In this document: piece by piece, positions 29,739 through 40,173 of the stretch
Layout of the letters: every line of letters starts with the position of its first letter
Numbering within the stretch: position 1 is the stretch's first letter
Source of the DNA: Obrimoposthia wandeli
Lineage: Eukaryota
Assembly: GCA_977020255.1 (NCBI GenBank)
Contig: CDROCS010002834.1
Location: forward strand, 434,001-498,000
Length of the DNA: 64,000 nucleotides
Reading direction: 5' to 3'
Made by a program: the position numbers and the translations under genes
Notes under the pieces: generated by a model
Database searches by the model: none
The model's input: the letters and a program-made list of their open reading frames with translations, nothing else
What the model was told of the DNA's origin: nothing

Positions 29739-31850
29739 TTGTATCTATTTGATAGCCTGAAAGAAGTCGCAATCGCATACCTGCCAGAGTCTCAAATTGA
29801 GGCTCTTCGGCAGGCGTATCTCGTTGCGCGTGATGCCCATGAAGGGCAAACCCGCTCAAGCGGTGAACCTTATATTATCCACCCTATTGCTGTTGCACGT
29901 ATTCTTGCGGAAATGCGCCTCGATCAAGAGACGCTCATGGCAGCCTTACTCCACGACGTTATTGAAGATACCGAAGTCACGAAAGAAGACCTTGCAAGTC
30001 GCTTTGGTGATACCGTAGCCGAACTCGTCGATGGTGTTTCAAAACTGGATAAACTTAAGTTTCGTGACCGCAAAGAAGCTCAGGCCGAGAACTTCCGTAA
30101 AATGATCATGGCTATGGCTCATGACATTCGCGTTATTCTCATCAAGCTCGCTGACCGTACGCATAACATGCGCACATTGGGTGCTTTACGCCCAGATAAG
30201 CGCCGCCGAATTGCCAGCGAAACCTTAGAAATATTTTCTCCCCTCGCTCACCGTTTAGGTATCCATAACATCAAAACAGAACTCGAAGAGTTAGGCTTTG
30301 AAGCGTTATACCCAAACCGTTATCGCGTTCTTAAAGGGGTTGTTGCTGCTGCACGTGGTAACAGAAAAGAAATGATCAATAAAATTCACGCTGAAATCGA
30401 GGGACGTCTCGAAGATGCGGGGATCGAAGGCAAAGTCTTAGGCCGCGAAAAGAATCTTTACTCCATCTATAACAAGATGAAAAACAAAGAACAGCGATTC
30501 CATTCCATTATGGATATTTACGCTTTCCGGGTTTTAGTGAAAGATTTGGATACTTGTTATCGAGTATTAGGCCAAGTACATAACTTGTACAAGCCGCGCC
30601 CAAGCCGCATGAAAGACTACATTGCCATCCCTAAAGGCAATGGTTACCAATCATTACATACGTCATTAGTTGGCCCTCACGGTGTACCTGTCGAAGTACA
30701 AATTCGTACTGACGATATGGACCAGATGGCTGACAAAGGTGTTGCTGCTCATTGGTCTTACAAGAAAAATGGCGAAAGCTCTGGCACAACCGCTCAGGTT
30801 AAAGCACAGCGCTGGATGCAAAGTTTACTTGAGCTTCAACAAAGTGCTGGTAGTTCATTCGAATTCATTGAAAACGTTAAATCTGATCTGTTCCCAGATG
30901 AAATTTACGTCTTTACGCCAAAAGGCAGAATCGTTGAATTGCCTGTAGGTGCAACGGCCGTTGACTTCGCGTATGCAGTACACACTGACGTAGGTAATGC
31001 CTGTGTCGGTTCGCGCGTCAATCGTCAACCTTATCCATTAAGCAAGCCACTGAAAAACGGTCAGACCGTTGATATTATCAGTGCGCCTGGTGCTCGCCCT
31101 AATGCAGCATGGCTTAACTATGTAGTGACAGCACGTGCACGTACGAAGATCCGTCAGGTTCTTAAAACCATGCGCCGTGAAGAGTCCATTACATTGGGTA
31201 AACGCCTAATCAACCATGCACTTGGTGAACTGAATATCGACCAAATTGATCCAACTCGCCTACAACAGCTACTGACCGATCAGCGTCTAGAAACATCAGA
31301 TGATTTGCTGGTTGAAATTGGTTTAGGTGAGTTAATGAGTATTGTTGTAGCACGTCGCTTACTTGGTAATACTGAAGATAGCCATTCTACAGATGCTAAT
31401 ACCGGTCGTCGGATGCCGATTCGGGGCGCCGATGGTATTTTAATGACCTACGCCAATTGTTGTCACCCACTGCCGGGCGATGCAATTATGGCGCATGTTA
31501 GCCCAGGTAAAGGCTTGGTTATCCACCGCGAAGAATGCTCTAACATTCGCGGCTACCAGCGTGAACCTGATAAGTATATGCCTGTTGAATGGAGTGAAGA
31601 CTTCGAACATGAATTTGTAACCACCCTAAAAGTGGATATGCAAAATCACCAAGGTGCACTGGCTGATTTAACCAATACCATTGCAGCAACGGGTTCGAAT
31701 ATTCAAGGTTTGGCGACAGAAGAAAAAGATGGCCGTTTATATACCATCACTGTTCGTCTTACGACTAAGAGCCGTATTCATTTGGCCAAGATTATGCGAC
31801 ATATTCGTGTGATGCCAAATGTTGTACGTGTGGCACGACAAAAGAACTAA
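29739..31850 (+). CDS. spoT: Bifunctional (p)ppGpp synthase/hydrolase
   Basis: TTG start, HEGQTRSSGEPYIIHP, LLHDVIED (HD), GREKNLYSIY, YQSLHT, EVQIRT, TGS and ACT domains. Confidence 0.98.
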   Translation: MYLFDSLKEVAIAYLPESQIEALRQAYLVARDAHEGQTRSSGEPYIIHPIAVARILAEMRLDQETLMAALLHDVIEDTEVTKEDLASRFGDTVAELVDGVSKLDKLKFRDRKEAQAENFRKMIMAMAHDIRVILIKLADRTHNMRTLGALRPDKRRRIASETLEIFSPLAHRLGIHNIKTELEELGFEALYPNRYRVLKGVVAAARGNRKEMINKIHAEIEGRLEDAGIEGKVLGREKNLYSIYNKMKNKEQRFHSIMDIYAFRVLVKDLDTCYRVLGQVHNLYKPRPSRMKDYIAIPKGNGYQSLHTSLVGPHGVPVEVQIRTDDMDQMADKGVAAHWSYKKNGESSGTTAQVKAQRWMQSLLELQQSAGSSFEFIENVKSDLFPDEIYVFTPKGRIVELPVGATAVDFAYAVHTDVGNACVGSRVNRQPYPLSKPLKNGQTVDIISAPGARPNAAWLNYVVTARARTKIRQVLKTMRREESITLGKRLINHALGELNIDQIDPTRLQQLLTDQRLETSDDLLVEIGLGELMSIVVARRLLGNTEDSHSTDANTGRRMPIRGADGILMTYANCCHPLPGDAIMAHVSPGKGLVIHREECSNIRGYQREPDKYMPVEWSEDFEHEFVTTLKVDMQNHQGALADLTNTIAATGSNIQGLATEEKDGRLYTITVRLTTKSRIHLAKIMRHIRVMPNVVRVARQKN

Positions 31851-31912
31851 TCAGTAGGGATGAAATAATGAAGATGCCATACACTCATATTTCATCTCTC
31901 TAAGATAAAATA

Positions 31913-31938
31913 GACGCCCGTTTACGGGCGTTTTCTTT
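31913..31938 (+). terminator. Hairpin/terminator between spoT and trmH
   Basis: GACGCCCG-TTTA-CGGGCGTT followed by a T-rich tail. Confidence 0.6.
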
Positions 31939-31961
31939 ATGGTTTAGATAAAAAAGATATT

Positions 31962-32666
31962 ATGACTCCTGATCGTTACCAACGTATTCATTCAGTACTC
32001 GCCACTCGCCAACCGGATTTAACGGTTTGCATGGAAGAAGTACATAAACCTAATAATGTTTCTGCCATTATCCGCACCGCTGATGCTGTGGGTATTCATA
32101 AAGTGCATGCTGTTTGGCCCAAAGAAAATATGCGGGTACTGAGCAATACATCAGCCGGAGCGCGTAACTGGGTTGAACTCGATACCCACGACAATATGGT
32201 CGATGCCATTACGCACCTAAAAGCGCAAGGTATGCAGGTATTAGCAACCAACTTGTCTGATACGGCCATTGATTTTCGTGATGTGGACTACACCAAGCCA
32301 ACAGCGATTATCTTAGGCGGTGAAAAAAATGGGATCACCGCTGAAGCATTAGCGATGGCCGATCAAGATATCATCATCCCTATGGTTGGCATGGTACAGT
32401 CTTTGAATGTATCGGTAGCAAGTGCCTTAATCTTGTATGAAGCACAGCGCCAGCGTCAAAATGCAGGGATGTACGAACGCGAAAAAACGTTATTGCCCGA
32501 TGAGGTGGTTCATCGCATTCTATTTGAACGCGGTCACCCTGTATTGGCAAAAGTGGCTCGCCGAAAAGGGCTGCCTTATCCACCACTTGATGATGAAGGT
32601 CAGATTGTGGCTGGTGATGATTGGTGGGCGACCATGCAGGCTATCGTGCCTAAAAAGCACAAATAA
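31962..32666 (+). CDS. trmH: tRNA (guanosine-18-2'-O)-methyltransferase
   Basis: RQPDLTVCMEEVHKPNNVSAIIRTADAVG, LGGEKNG, IPMVGMVQSLNVSVA. Confidence 0.96.
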   Translation: MTPDRYQRIHSVLATRQPDLTVCMEEVHKPNNVSAIIRTADAVGIHKVHAVWPKENMRVLSNTSAGARNWVELDTHDNMVDAITHLKAQGMQVLATNLSDTAIDFRDVDYTKPTAIILGGEKNGITAEALAMADQDIIIPMVGMVQSLNVSVASALILYEAQRQRQNAGMYEREKTLLPDEVVHRILFERGHPVLAKVARRKGLPYPPLDDEGQIVAGDDWWATMQAIVPKKHK

Positions 32667-32689
32667 AGAATAAAGGATCGACATAAGCA

Positions 32690-34783
32690 ATGAGCGGACA
32701 ATTATTAGAGACCATCGCCCTGACTGAATTGTCTGGCGTTGGCGCTAAAATGGCAGAAAAACTCGAAAAAGTCGGTCTAACTTCGGTTCAAGATCTGCTT
32801 TTTCACCTGCCCCTCCGCTATGAAGATCGCACACGCATCTGGCCAATTGCTCAGGCGATGCCCGGTCAACACATTGCAGTTCAAGGCGAAGTGCTCAATA
32901 GCAGCATTACGTTTGGTAAACGTCGTATGCTAACGGTCCGCATTGCCGACGATAGTGGTTCAGCAACATTACGCTTCTTCAATTTCAATGCGGCAATGCA
33001 AAATAACTTGGCTGAAGGTAAGCAAGTTAAAGCGTTTGGCGAAATTAAACGCGGTAAATTTGGGCTGGAAATCATCCACCCTGATTACTCGGTGTTTGCC
33101 GAATCAGCATCACTCACTGGTGAAGAAACACTGACGCCGGTTTACCCAACCACCGAAGGGCTACGCCAGCTCACTCTGCGAAACCTGACCGATCAAGCGC
33201 TGAGTTTACTCGACAAAGCCGCCGTCACGGAATTATTGCCTGAAGGCTTATACGACCGCCAAATGACCATGGCACAGGCGCTGCACGTAATGCACCGGCC
33301 CACTCCCGATGTCTCGCTGGATCAACTCGAAGCTGGCAAACATCCCGCCCAGCACCGCTTAATTCTCGAAGAGTTGTTAGCCCAAAACTTATCGATGCTG
33401 GCCGTTCGCAGTAAAAGCCAACAACACAGTGCATGGCCATTAGCGGCGTGTAACAACCCACCAGACAGCCTGAAAGCAAAATTACTGGCTAGCTTACCGT
33501 TTAGCCCCACCAACGCTCAACAACGCGTTGTGGCAGACATTGAAGCCGATCTCATCAAACCCTTACCCATGATGCGCTTGGTACAAGGTGATGTAGGTTC
33601 AGGTAAAACCTTGGTTGCTGCTCTCGCGGCTTTGCGGGCGATTCAACACGGCTTCCAAGTCGCACTGATGGCGCCAACAGAACTGCTGGCTGAACAACAT
33701 GTTCAAAACTTTGCCCAATGGCTCAACCCTATGGATATTCAAGTCGGCTGGATGGCAGGAAAACTCAAAGGCAAAGCCCGCGCAACAGAATTAGCACGCA
33801 TTGAAAGTGGTGAAGCTAAAATGGTGGTCGGTACACATGCCTTATTTCAAGACCATGTCACCTTCAAAAATTTAGCGTTAGTTATTATTGATGAACAACA
33901 CCGATTTGGTGTGCATCAACGTTTAGAACTACGAGAAAAAGGGGTGAATGAGGGACGTTATCCGCATCAGCTCATCATGACAGCAACCCCGATTCCACGC
34001 ACACTCGCGATGACGGCTTATGCCGATCTTGAAACCTCGGTGATTGATGAATTACCGCCAGGTCGTACACCGATTCAAACCGTCGCATTACCTGATACAC
34101 GCCGTGCTGCCATCGTAGAGCGTATTCGTTCAGCGTGTCAAAATGAAGGGCGTCAAGCCTATTGGGTGTGTACCCTTATCGATGAATCTGAAGTATTAGA
34201 AGCCCAAGCGGCATCTGATACCGCCGATGAGCTGACCGCCCAACTGCCCGAATTAAACGTGGGATTAGTGCACGGTCGAATGAAAGCCGCCGAAAAAAAA
34301 GAGATTATGCGCCGCTTTAAAGCCGGTGAGTTACAGCTATTGGTCGCAACAACGGTGATTGAAGTCGGGGTAGATGTACCGAACGCTAGCCTAATGGTGA
34401 TTGAAAACCCTGAACGTTTAGGGTTAGCACAGCTCCACCAGCTACGTGGTAGGGTTGGTCGTGGCAAAGTGGCAAGTCACTGTGTTTTGCTGTACCACGC
34501 GCCATTATCAAAAACCGCACAGAAACGGCTTGGGGTATTACGCGATAGTAGTGATGGTTTTGTTATTGCGCAGCGCGACCTCGAAATTCGAGGGCCAGGA
34601 GAACTGCTTGGCACCAAACAAACCGGTATTGCTGACTTTAAAATTGCTGATCTGGTACGAGACCAACACTTAATCCCACAAGTACAGAAACTAGCACGCT
34701 ACATTCATGAGCAATACCCCAGCAATGCCAAAGCCATTGTACAGCGCTGGTTAGGGCAACGAGAAAATTACTCAAACGCCTAA
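32690..34783 (+). CDS. recG: ATP-dependent DNA helicase RecG
   Basis: LRYEDR, QGDVGSGKT, IDEQHRFGV, MTATPIPRTL, QLHQLRGRVGRG, DLEIRGPGELLG. Confidence 0.98.
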   Translation: MSGQLLETIALTELSGVGAKMAEKLEKVGLTSVQDLLFHLPLRYEDRTRIWPIAQAMPGQHIAVQGEVLNSSITFGKRRMLTVRIADDSGSATLRFFNFNAAMQNNLAEGKQVKAFGEIKRGKFGLEIIHPDYSVFAESASLTGEETLTPVYPTTEGLRQLTLRNLTDQALSLLDKAAVTELLPEGLYDRQMTMAQALHVMHRPTPDVSLDQLEAGKHPAQHRLILEELLAQNLSMLAVRSKSQQHSAWPLAACNNPPDSLKAKLLASLPFSPTNAQQRVVADIEADLIKPLPMMRLVQGDVGSGKTLVAALAALRAIQHGFQVALMAPTELLAEQHVQNFAQWLNPMDIQVGWMAGKLKGKARATELARIESGEAKMVVGTHALFQDHVTFKNLALVIIDEQHRFGVHQRLELREKGVNEGRYPHQLIMTATPIPRTLAMTAYADLETSVIDELPPGRTPIQTVALPDTRRAAIVERIRSACQNEGRQAYWVCTLIDESEVLEAQAASDTADELTAQLPELNVGLVHGRMKAAEKKEIMRRFKAGELQLLVATTVIEVGVDVPNASLMVIENPERLGLAQLHQLRGRVGRGKVASHCVLLYHAPLSKTAQKRLGVLRDSSDGFVIAQRDLEIRGPGELLGTKQTGIADFKIADLVRDQHLIPQVQKLARYIHEQYPSNAKAIVQRWLGQRENYSNA

Positions 34784-35013
34784 GTCACTCATACAGTGCA
34801 GCGTTCTAATCAATTAGCGTTGCCTTGTTAAAGAATCACCACTAACCCATGTAAATATTATGTTACTCCACCGCCTTTATGCCCCTTATTGCCTTTCTAT
34901 TTCACACTGTGATTTCTGTACGCCAGTAAATATCTAGCCTACAGCTAATTAGCTATTTTTTTAGCTTACTGATGCTGTTTTATCGCTAAAGGAAAATAAA
35001 TCACCCACAAACA

Positions 35014-35029
35014 AAGCAAACGTTTGCTA
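35014..35029. promoter_or_regulatory. PurR box upstream of the xanthine permease
   Basis: Perfect palindrome AGCAAACGTTTGCT matching the PurR core GCAAACGTTTGC, ~170 bp upstream of the permease start. Confidence 0.8.
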
Positions 35030-35200
35030 TTTTCGGCAAGATAATTAAAATAGCGCACAAATTTCACCCACTTTCACTTCTCCTGGTGTTCGTTTGGATC
35101 TGAGTAACAGCAATCACAGATATATCCAACTTTCGCATATCGGTGCCCATTCAGCGCATTCGATCGGGATTAAGAAGTAAGCCTAAGGAATAAAACGGCC

Positions 35201-36580
35201 ATGACCCGCCAGCATAGCGACATTGAAATACCGCGAAATTCAGATCTCATTTACCGTTTAGAAGATCGACCGCCGCTACCACAAACACTGTTTGCGGCCA
35301 CTCAGCACTTACTGGCTATGTTTGTTGCAGTGATCACCCCATCGTTGATTATCTGTCAGGCACTGGGTTTACCCGCAAGTGATACCAACACCATTGTTAG
35401 CATGTCTTTGTTCGCTTCTGGTATTGCTTCATTTATCCAAATTCGTACATTTGGCCCTATTGGCTCAGGTTTACTGTCGATTCAAGGTACCAGTTTCAAC
35501 TTCTTAGGCCCTATCATTGGGGCAGGCTTAGCCTTAAAAGCCGGTGGCGCTGATGTTCCAACGATGATGGCTGCGATCTTTGGTACCATTCTGGTGGCTT
35601 CATTAACCGAAGTGTTCATCTCTCGTGTACTACAACATGCACAACGTATTATCACACCGCTGGTATCAGGTATCGTTGTCACCCTGATCGGTCTAACCTT
35701 GATCCAAATTGGTCTAACATCGGTGGGTGGCGGTTATGCCGCTATTAACGACGGTAGCTTTGGCAGCCTTGAAAACTTAATGCTGGCGGGTACGGTATTA
35801 GGCTTCATTGTTTTATTAAACCGTGTCAAAAACCCTTACCTACGCGTTTCATCCATTGTGATCGCAATGGCGGCAGGTACGGTATTAGCTTGGTTCACGG
35901 GTATGCTCAATCCCCCTCAAGAAACGCAACATGCCTTCATTGCGATTCCAATACCGATGCAATATGGACTGAGCTTTGATTGGGGACTGCTTATTCCGCT
36001 CGTGATCGTTTTTGCGATTACATCACTTGAAGCCATTGGCGATATTACCGCAACATCAGAAACCTCTGAACAACCCGTTGCTGGTCCTCTTTATTTGAAA
36101 CGTATTAAAGGCGGCGTATTAGCCGATGGCATTAACTCAGCCATGGCATCAGTATTAAATAGCTTCCCTAATTCCACCTTCAGCCAGAATAATGGCATCA
36201 TCCAGTTAACAGGTGTGGCAAGTCGCTATATCGGATATTTTGTTGCAGGCATGCTGGTGCTGCTAGGTTTATTTCCTGGGGTTGCAAACCTTGTTCAGTT
36301 GATTCCAGAGCCTGTACTGGGCGGTGCAACGATTGTGATGTTCGGTACAATCGCCGCTTCTGGTATTCGTATTATCTCGCGCTGCGAGCTAGACCGTCGT
36401 GCCATTCTTATCATGGCGTTGTCTTTCTCTATGGGGCTAGGTATTGCTCAGAAACCTGAAATTCTGCAATTTATGCCAGATTGGGTGAAAGGTATTTTAT
36501 CGTCAGGTATGGCAGCTGGCGGTATCACTGCAATTATCCTGAATATTGTGCTTCCCGAAGAAAAGAAAAATACAGACTAA
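35201..36580 (+). CDS. xanP: NCS2 xanthine/uracil permease (XanP-like)
   Basis: [17 protein letters not shown]2 signature [22 protein letters not shown]. Located after recG as in E. coli. Confidence 0.85.
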   Translation: MTRQHSDIEIPRNSDLIYRLEDRPPLPQTLFAATQHLLAMFVAVITPSLIICQALGLPASDTNTIVSMSLFASGIASFIQIRTFGPIGSGLLSIQGTSFNFLGPIIGAGLALKAGGADVPTMMAAIFGTILVASLTEVFISRVLQHAQRIITPLVSGIVVTLIGLTLIQIGLTSVGGGYAAINDGSFGSLENLMLAGTVLGFIVLLNRVKNPYLRVSSIVIAMAAGTVLAWFTGMLNPPQETQHAFIAIPIPMQYGLSFDWGLLIPLVIVFAITSLEAIGDITATSETSEQPVAGPLYLKRIKGGVLADGINSAMASVLNSFPNSTFSQNNGIIQLTGVASRYIGYFVAGMLVLLGLFPGVANLVQLIPEPVLGGATIVMFGTIAASGIRIISRCELDRRAILIMALSFSMGLGIAQKPEILQFMPDWVKGILSSGMAAGGITAIILNIVLPEEKKNTD

Positions 36581-36606
36581 ACCTTATAGGCTGGCAATCG
36601 ACATAT

Positions 36607-36634
36607 AAAAAACGCGCGTAATGCGCGTTTTTTT
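36607..36634. terminator. Bidirectional terminator xanP/envZ
   Basis: A6-CGCGC-GTAAT-GCGCG-T7. Confidence 0.75.
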
Positions 36635-36656
36635 ATTCTACTTACCCTTTGTTATT

Positions 36657-37982
36657 CTACTTAACCAAAGGCAAGGTAATCTGGACTTTCAAACCACCAT
36701 CACTGCGATTCGTCACAGTAATCACTCCATCGTGTTGGTCGATAATCCGTTTCACTATTGCTAAGCCTAACCCCGTTCCTTCAGCGTCACTACCACGAGC
36801 AGAGTCACCACGGGTTAAGGGTTGGAACATACGAGAAACCTGATCTTCTTGAATCCCAGGGCCATTATCTTCCACACAATACCATGCCGATGTTCGATCT
36901 GCGGATGTACCACTTGAAATTTTAACCCAACCATTGCCATAGCGAAGTGCATTCACCACTAAATTAGCAACACAGCGTTTCATCGCAACAGCATTCGCCT
37001 CAATACGCCCAGGAGTATCACTCAACCCAAGTTCAACTTCGTTCTCGTACCCGCCTTCACTCTCTGCGACTTCTTGTAACAAGTCGTTCAGGTTGATGAC
37101 TTCCATTGCTGGCTTTTTGGTTGATTTAAGATAGTCCATAAACTGACTGATGATCTCGTTACACTCTTCTGTGTCTTTAGTCATGCCATCAGCTAAATAA
37201 CTGTCTTCTGGTGACATCATTTCAGTGGCTAAACGAATACGGGTTAACGGTGTGCGTAAGTCATGGCTAACGCCCGCCAATAATAAAGCACGATCATCCT
37301 CAAGCTGTTTAATCCCTTCAGCCATCTGGTTAAAAGCTTTGGTTACCGCACGGACCTCTGATGCCCCTTGTTCAGGTAAGGCTGGAGGGATCTCGCCACG
37401 AGCAACCAATAATGCGGCTCGCTCTAACTCGACCAACGGTCTGTTTTGCATTCGAATAAATAACCAGCCCCCCGCAATCACCATAAAGGCAATGATCAGG
37501 CTATAACGAAACAGCGGCGCAAAATCTTCTTCTTGCAGTTCCGATAAGGGGATCCGCATAAGGTAGCCAGGCATCGCATCACATTTCATCCACAGCACAT
37601 AACTTTCAGCCCCCAACACTAAACGCACTTCCGTTTTAGCATCAAGTTCATCCGTCATTTCGTCACTGAGATACTCGATTTCTGTGGCACTGTTATATTC
37701 TTTTAGATCAGGGTCATCGACGGAATGCAATGTCACGCCAAGTTGAGCAAGCAACTGGCGACGCACTGGCTGCTCTAGGTGGAAAGTTTCACCATCATCG
37801 AGATCCAGATCCTCTTGCAACATCAAGCGCACTTCATACGCAATAATACGATTAAATTGCTGCAAACTAGGAAGAAGGGCGTAATTAAGCACGGTCAAAT
37901 ACGAGAAAATCTGACTTGCTATGAGCAAGCCAGATAATAGAACAAGCGTACGGGTAAATGTACTGCGGGGAGACATTCGCAT
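36657..37982 (-). CDS. envZ: Osmolarity sensor histidine kinase
   Basis: Two TMs, [45 protein letters not shown]. Confidence 0.95.
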   Translation of the reverse strand: MRMSPRSTFTRTLVLLSGLLIASQIFSYLTVLNYALLPSLQQFNRIIAYEVRLMLQEDLDLDDGETFHLEQPVRRQLLAQLGVTLHSVDDPDLKEYNSATEIEYLSDEMTDELDAKTEVRLVLGAESYVLWMKCDAMPGYLMRIPLSELQEEDFAPLFRYSLIIAFMVIAGGWLFIRMQNRPLVELERAALLVARGEIPPALPEQGASEVRAVTKAFNQMAEGIKQLEDDRALLLAGVSHDLRTPLTRIRLATEMMSPEDSYLADGMTKDTEECNEIISQFMDYLKSTKKPAMEVINLNDLLQEVAESEGGYENEVELGLSDTPGRIEANAVAMKRCVANLVVNALRYGNGWVKISSGTSADRTSAWYCVEDNGPGIQEDQVSRMFQPLTRGDSARGSDAEGTGLGLAIVKRIIDQHDGVITVTNRSDGGLKVQITLPLVK

Positions 37983-37985
37983 GGT

Positions 37986-38705
37986 TTATTTCTCGGTGCC
38001 ATCAGGAACGAAAACGTAACCTAAACCCCATACGGTTTGAATATAACGAGGGCGACTTGGATCTTCTTCAACCATTCGACGCAAACGAGAAATCTGCACA
38101 TCGATAGAGCGTTCCATTGCAGAATATTCACGACCACGCGCCATATTCATTAATTTATCACGTGACATCGGCTCACGCGCATTGGTCACCAACGCTTTCA
38201 ATACTGCAAATTCGCCAGAAGTTAGCGGCATAGGCTCTTCCCCACGGAACATCTCTCGCGTGCCTAAATTCAAACGGAATTCACCAAACTCGACGATTTT
38301 GCTATCAATACTTGGCGCACCAGGTGCCTCAATGGTCTGGCGGCGTAATACGGCACGAATACGAGCCAGTAATTCACGCGGGTTAAACGGTTTTGGCAAA
38401 TAATCATCTGCGCCAACTTCTAGCCCCACAATACGATCAACTTCATCGCCTTTTGCGGTTAACATTAAAATCGGTAGCACATTATTGGCATTACGTAAGC
38501 GACGACAAATAGATAAGCCATCTTCACCTGGTAGCATTAAATCTAGCACCATTAAGTGAAATGTTTCACGGGATAACAAGCGGTCCATTTGCTCGCCGTT
38601 TGCGACGCTACGCACTTGGAAACCTTGTTCCGACAAGTAACGTTCTAATAATGCGCGTAAACGCATATCGTCATCAACAACCAGAATTTTATAATTTTCC
38701 TGCAT
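37986..38705 (-). CDS. ompR: Response regulator OmpR
   Basis: MQENYKILVVDDDMRLRALLERYL, DLMLPGEDG, RSIDVQISRLR, YIQTVWGLGY. Confidence 0.98.
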   Translation of the reverse strand: MQENYKILVVDDDMRLRALLERYLSEQGFQVRSVANGEQMDRLLSRETFHLMVLDLMLPGEDGLSICRRLRNANNVLPILMLTAKGDEVDRIVGLEVGADDYLPKPFNPRELLARIRAVLRRQTIEAPGAPSIDSKIVEFGEFRLNLGTREMFRGEEPMPLTSGEFAVLKALVTNAREPMSRDKLMNMARGREYSAMERSIDVQISRLRRMVEEDPSRPRYIQTVWGLGYVFVPDGTEK

Positions 38706-39129
38706 ATCTCACCTTACCTGCATCGATCGTGTTATCGAGTTGTGTGCGTATCTTACTCGAGTCAACCTGACAGAAGCTTAATTTCGCCGCTAAATGTAAC
38801 CGTAAATTGTAACTGGGTATGTCGAATGCTTACCAATCAAGCTTTAATGCTGATATTGGTTCTTATTTCCATCAATAATAATAGCACTAACCACCCCAAA
38901 CGAGTCAAACTCAACTCATTAAAAATAAACATGAATCATTCTTCACTGATAGATTTAATAACAACCACCATTGCCATATAATCCCTGCTACTCAATTGTT
39001 TGCATTGAAATATACCGATTAGGCCGAGGTAGCACTGCAACTATTTGCTAACCACTTCAAGAAAAATGATTAACACCTAACATCATGCAAATGATCCCCC
39101 CGTAGTCACATTTAACCAATAAGAAAAAC

Positions 39130-40173
39130 ATGAATAAATTCACCTTAGCGACTCTTGTTGCACTCGTTCCTCTTTATACTCACGCCGCAAATTTCAATAC
39201 CATCTCAAGCTTCGGTGACAGTCTGTCCGATATCGGCAACAAACATATGATCACCGTCGAGATGAGCAATAAAACTTCAGGAAAAATTGGCATTCGTGCC
39301 TCAGAACCTAATTTCAACGGCCACTTCAGCAATGGGCCAGTCTGGACCGAATATCTGGCCAGTTTTCTTGCAATGCCAGCGCCAACCCGCGCTCATGGCA
39401 AAATCGAGAGCAAAGTAATTCTTAAAAACCAAGACGACAAACTTGTAGCCTACCACTATAAAGATAAAGCCCTGTTAGGTACGAACTGGGCAGTCGGCGG
39501 TGCGATGTCTGGTCTGGGCAATTTTATCGATATTGATGCCACCAACGGCTTCACCGCCTCTTCAGGTCTTGATGTTCTGGCAAACAGCGGCCAGCAAATT
39601 AAACAACGCATTGCCAACAAAGGCCAGTTCAGTGGCAGCGAGCTGGTCAGCTATATGAGTGGGACCAACAATCTGTGGTTCACTCTGTTCGGCGATCTCA
39701 ATCAAACCGGTGACAAAGCGGCATCCTATGCCCTTGCGGACGTGAAAGCCTTAATTGATGCTGGCTCAAAACAGATCTTAGCCGCAAACATTCCAAATTT
39801 TGTTGATGCACCATGGTTTGCAGGCAAACAGGACAAAACGACCCCGTTTATCCAGTCACACAACCAAGCGTTAAAAACAGGGTTAAAAAAACTGGCAGCA
39901 ACTCATCCTGATATCGACATTTTCTATTTTGATACTTTTGCCGTGTTTAATAAGGTTATTGATAATGTGAACAATCATGGTCAGTACCGTGATGTCGATC
40001 TGGGTGTCACCATCACCAACGTGACCGATGAAGCATATAGCTATGCTACTGGGGCAGTTATCGCCCAGCCAAACCATAACCTATTCTGGGATGGACTTCA
40101 TCCGACAACTGCAATGCACAAAATTATCGCTAAGCATGCCGCAGACCTCATCGAAACCGGACTGCCATTATGA
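39130..40173 (+). CDS. Secreted SGNH/GDSL esterase
   Basis: Signal peptide [19 protein letters not shown]. Block I FGDSLSD, FSNGPVW, block II WAVGGA, block III SGTNN, block V FWDGLHPT. Confidence 0.9.
   Translation: MNKFTLATLVALVPLYTHAANFNTISSFGDSLSDIGNKHMITVEMSNKTSGKIGIRASEPNFNGHFSNGPVWTEYLASFLAMPAPTRAHGKIESKVILKNQDDKLVAYHYKDKALLGTNWAVGGAMSGLGNFIDIDATNGFTASSGLDVLANSGQQIKQRIANKGQFSGSELVSYMSGTNNLWFTLFGDLNQTGDKAASYALADVKALIDAGSKQILAANIPNFVDAPWFAGKQDKTTPFIQSHNQALKTGLKKLAATHPDIDIFYFDTFAVFNKVIDNVNNHGQYRDVDLGVTITNVTDEAYSYATGAVIAQPNHNLFWDGLHPTTAMHKIIAKHAADLIETGLPL

Noticed and set aside
38742-38981. 79-aa ORF in the ompR upstream region
   Set aside because: No RBS or recognisable motif, and it overlaps the AT-rich promoter region of divergent genes.
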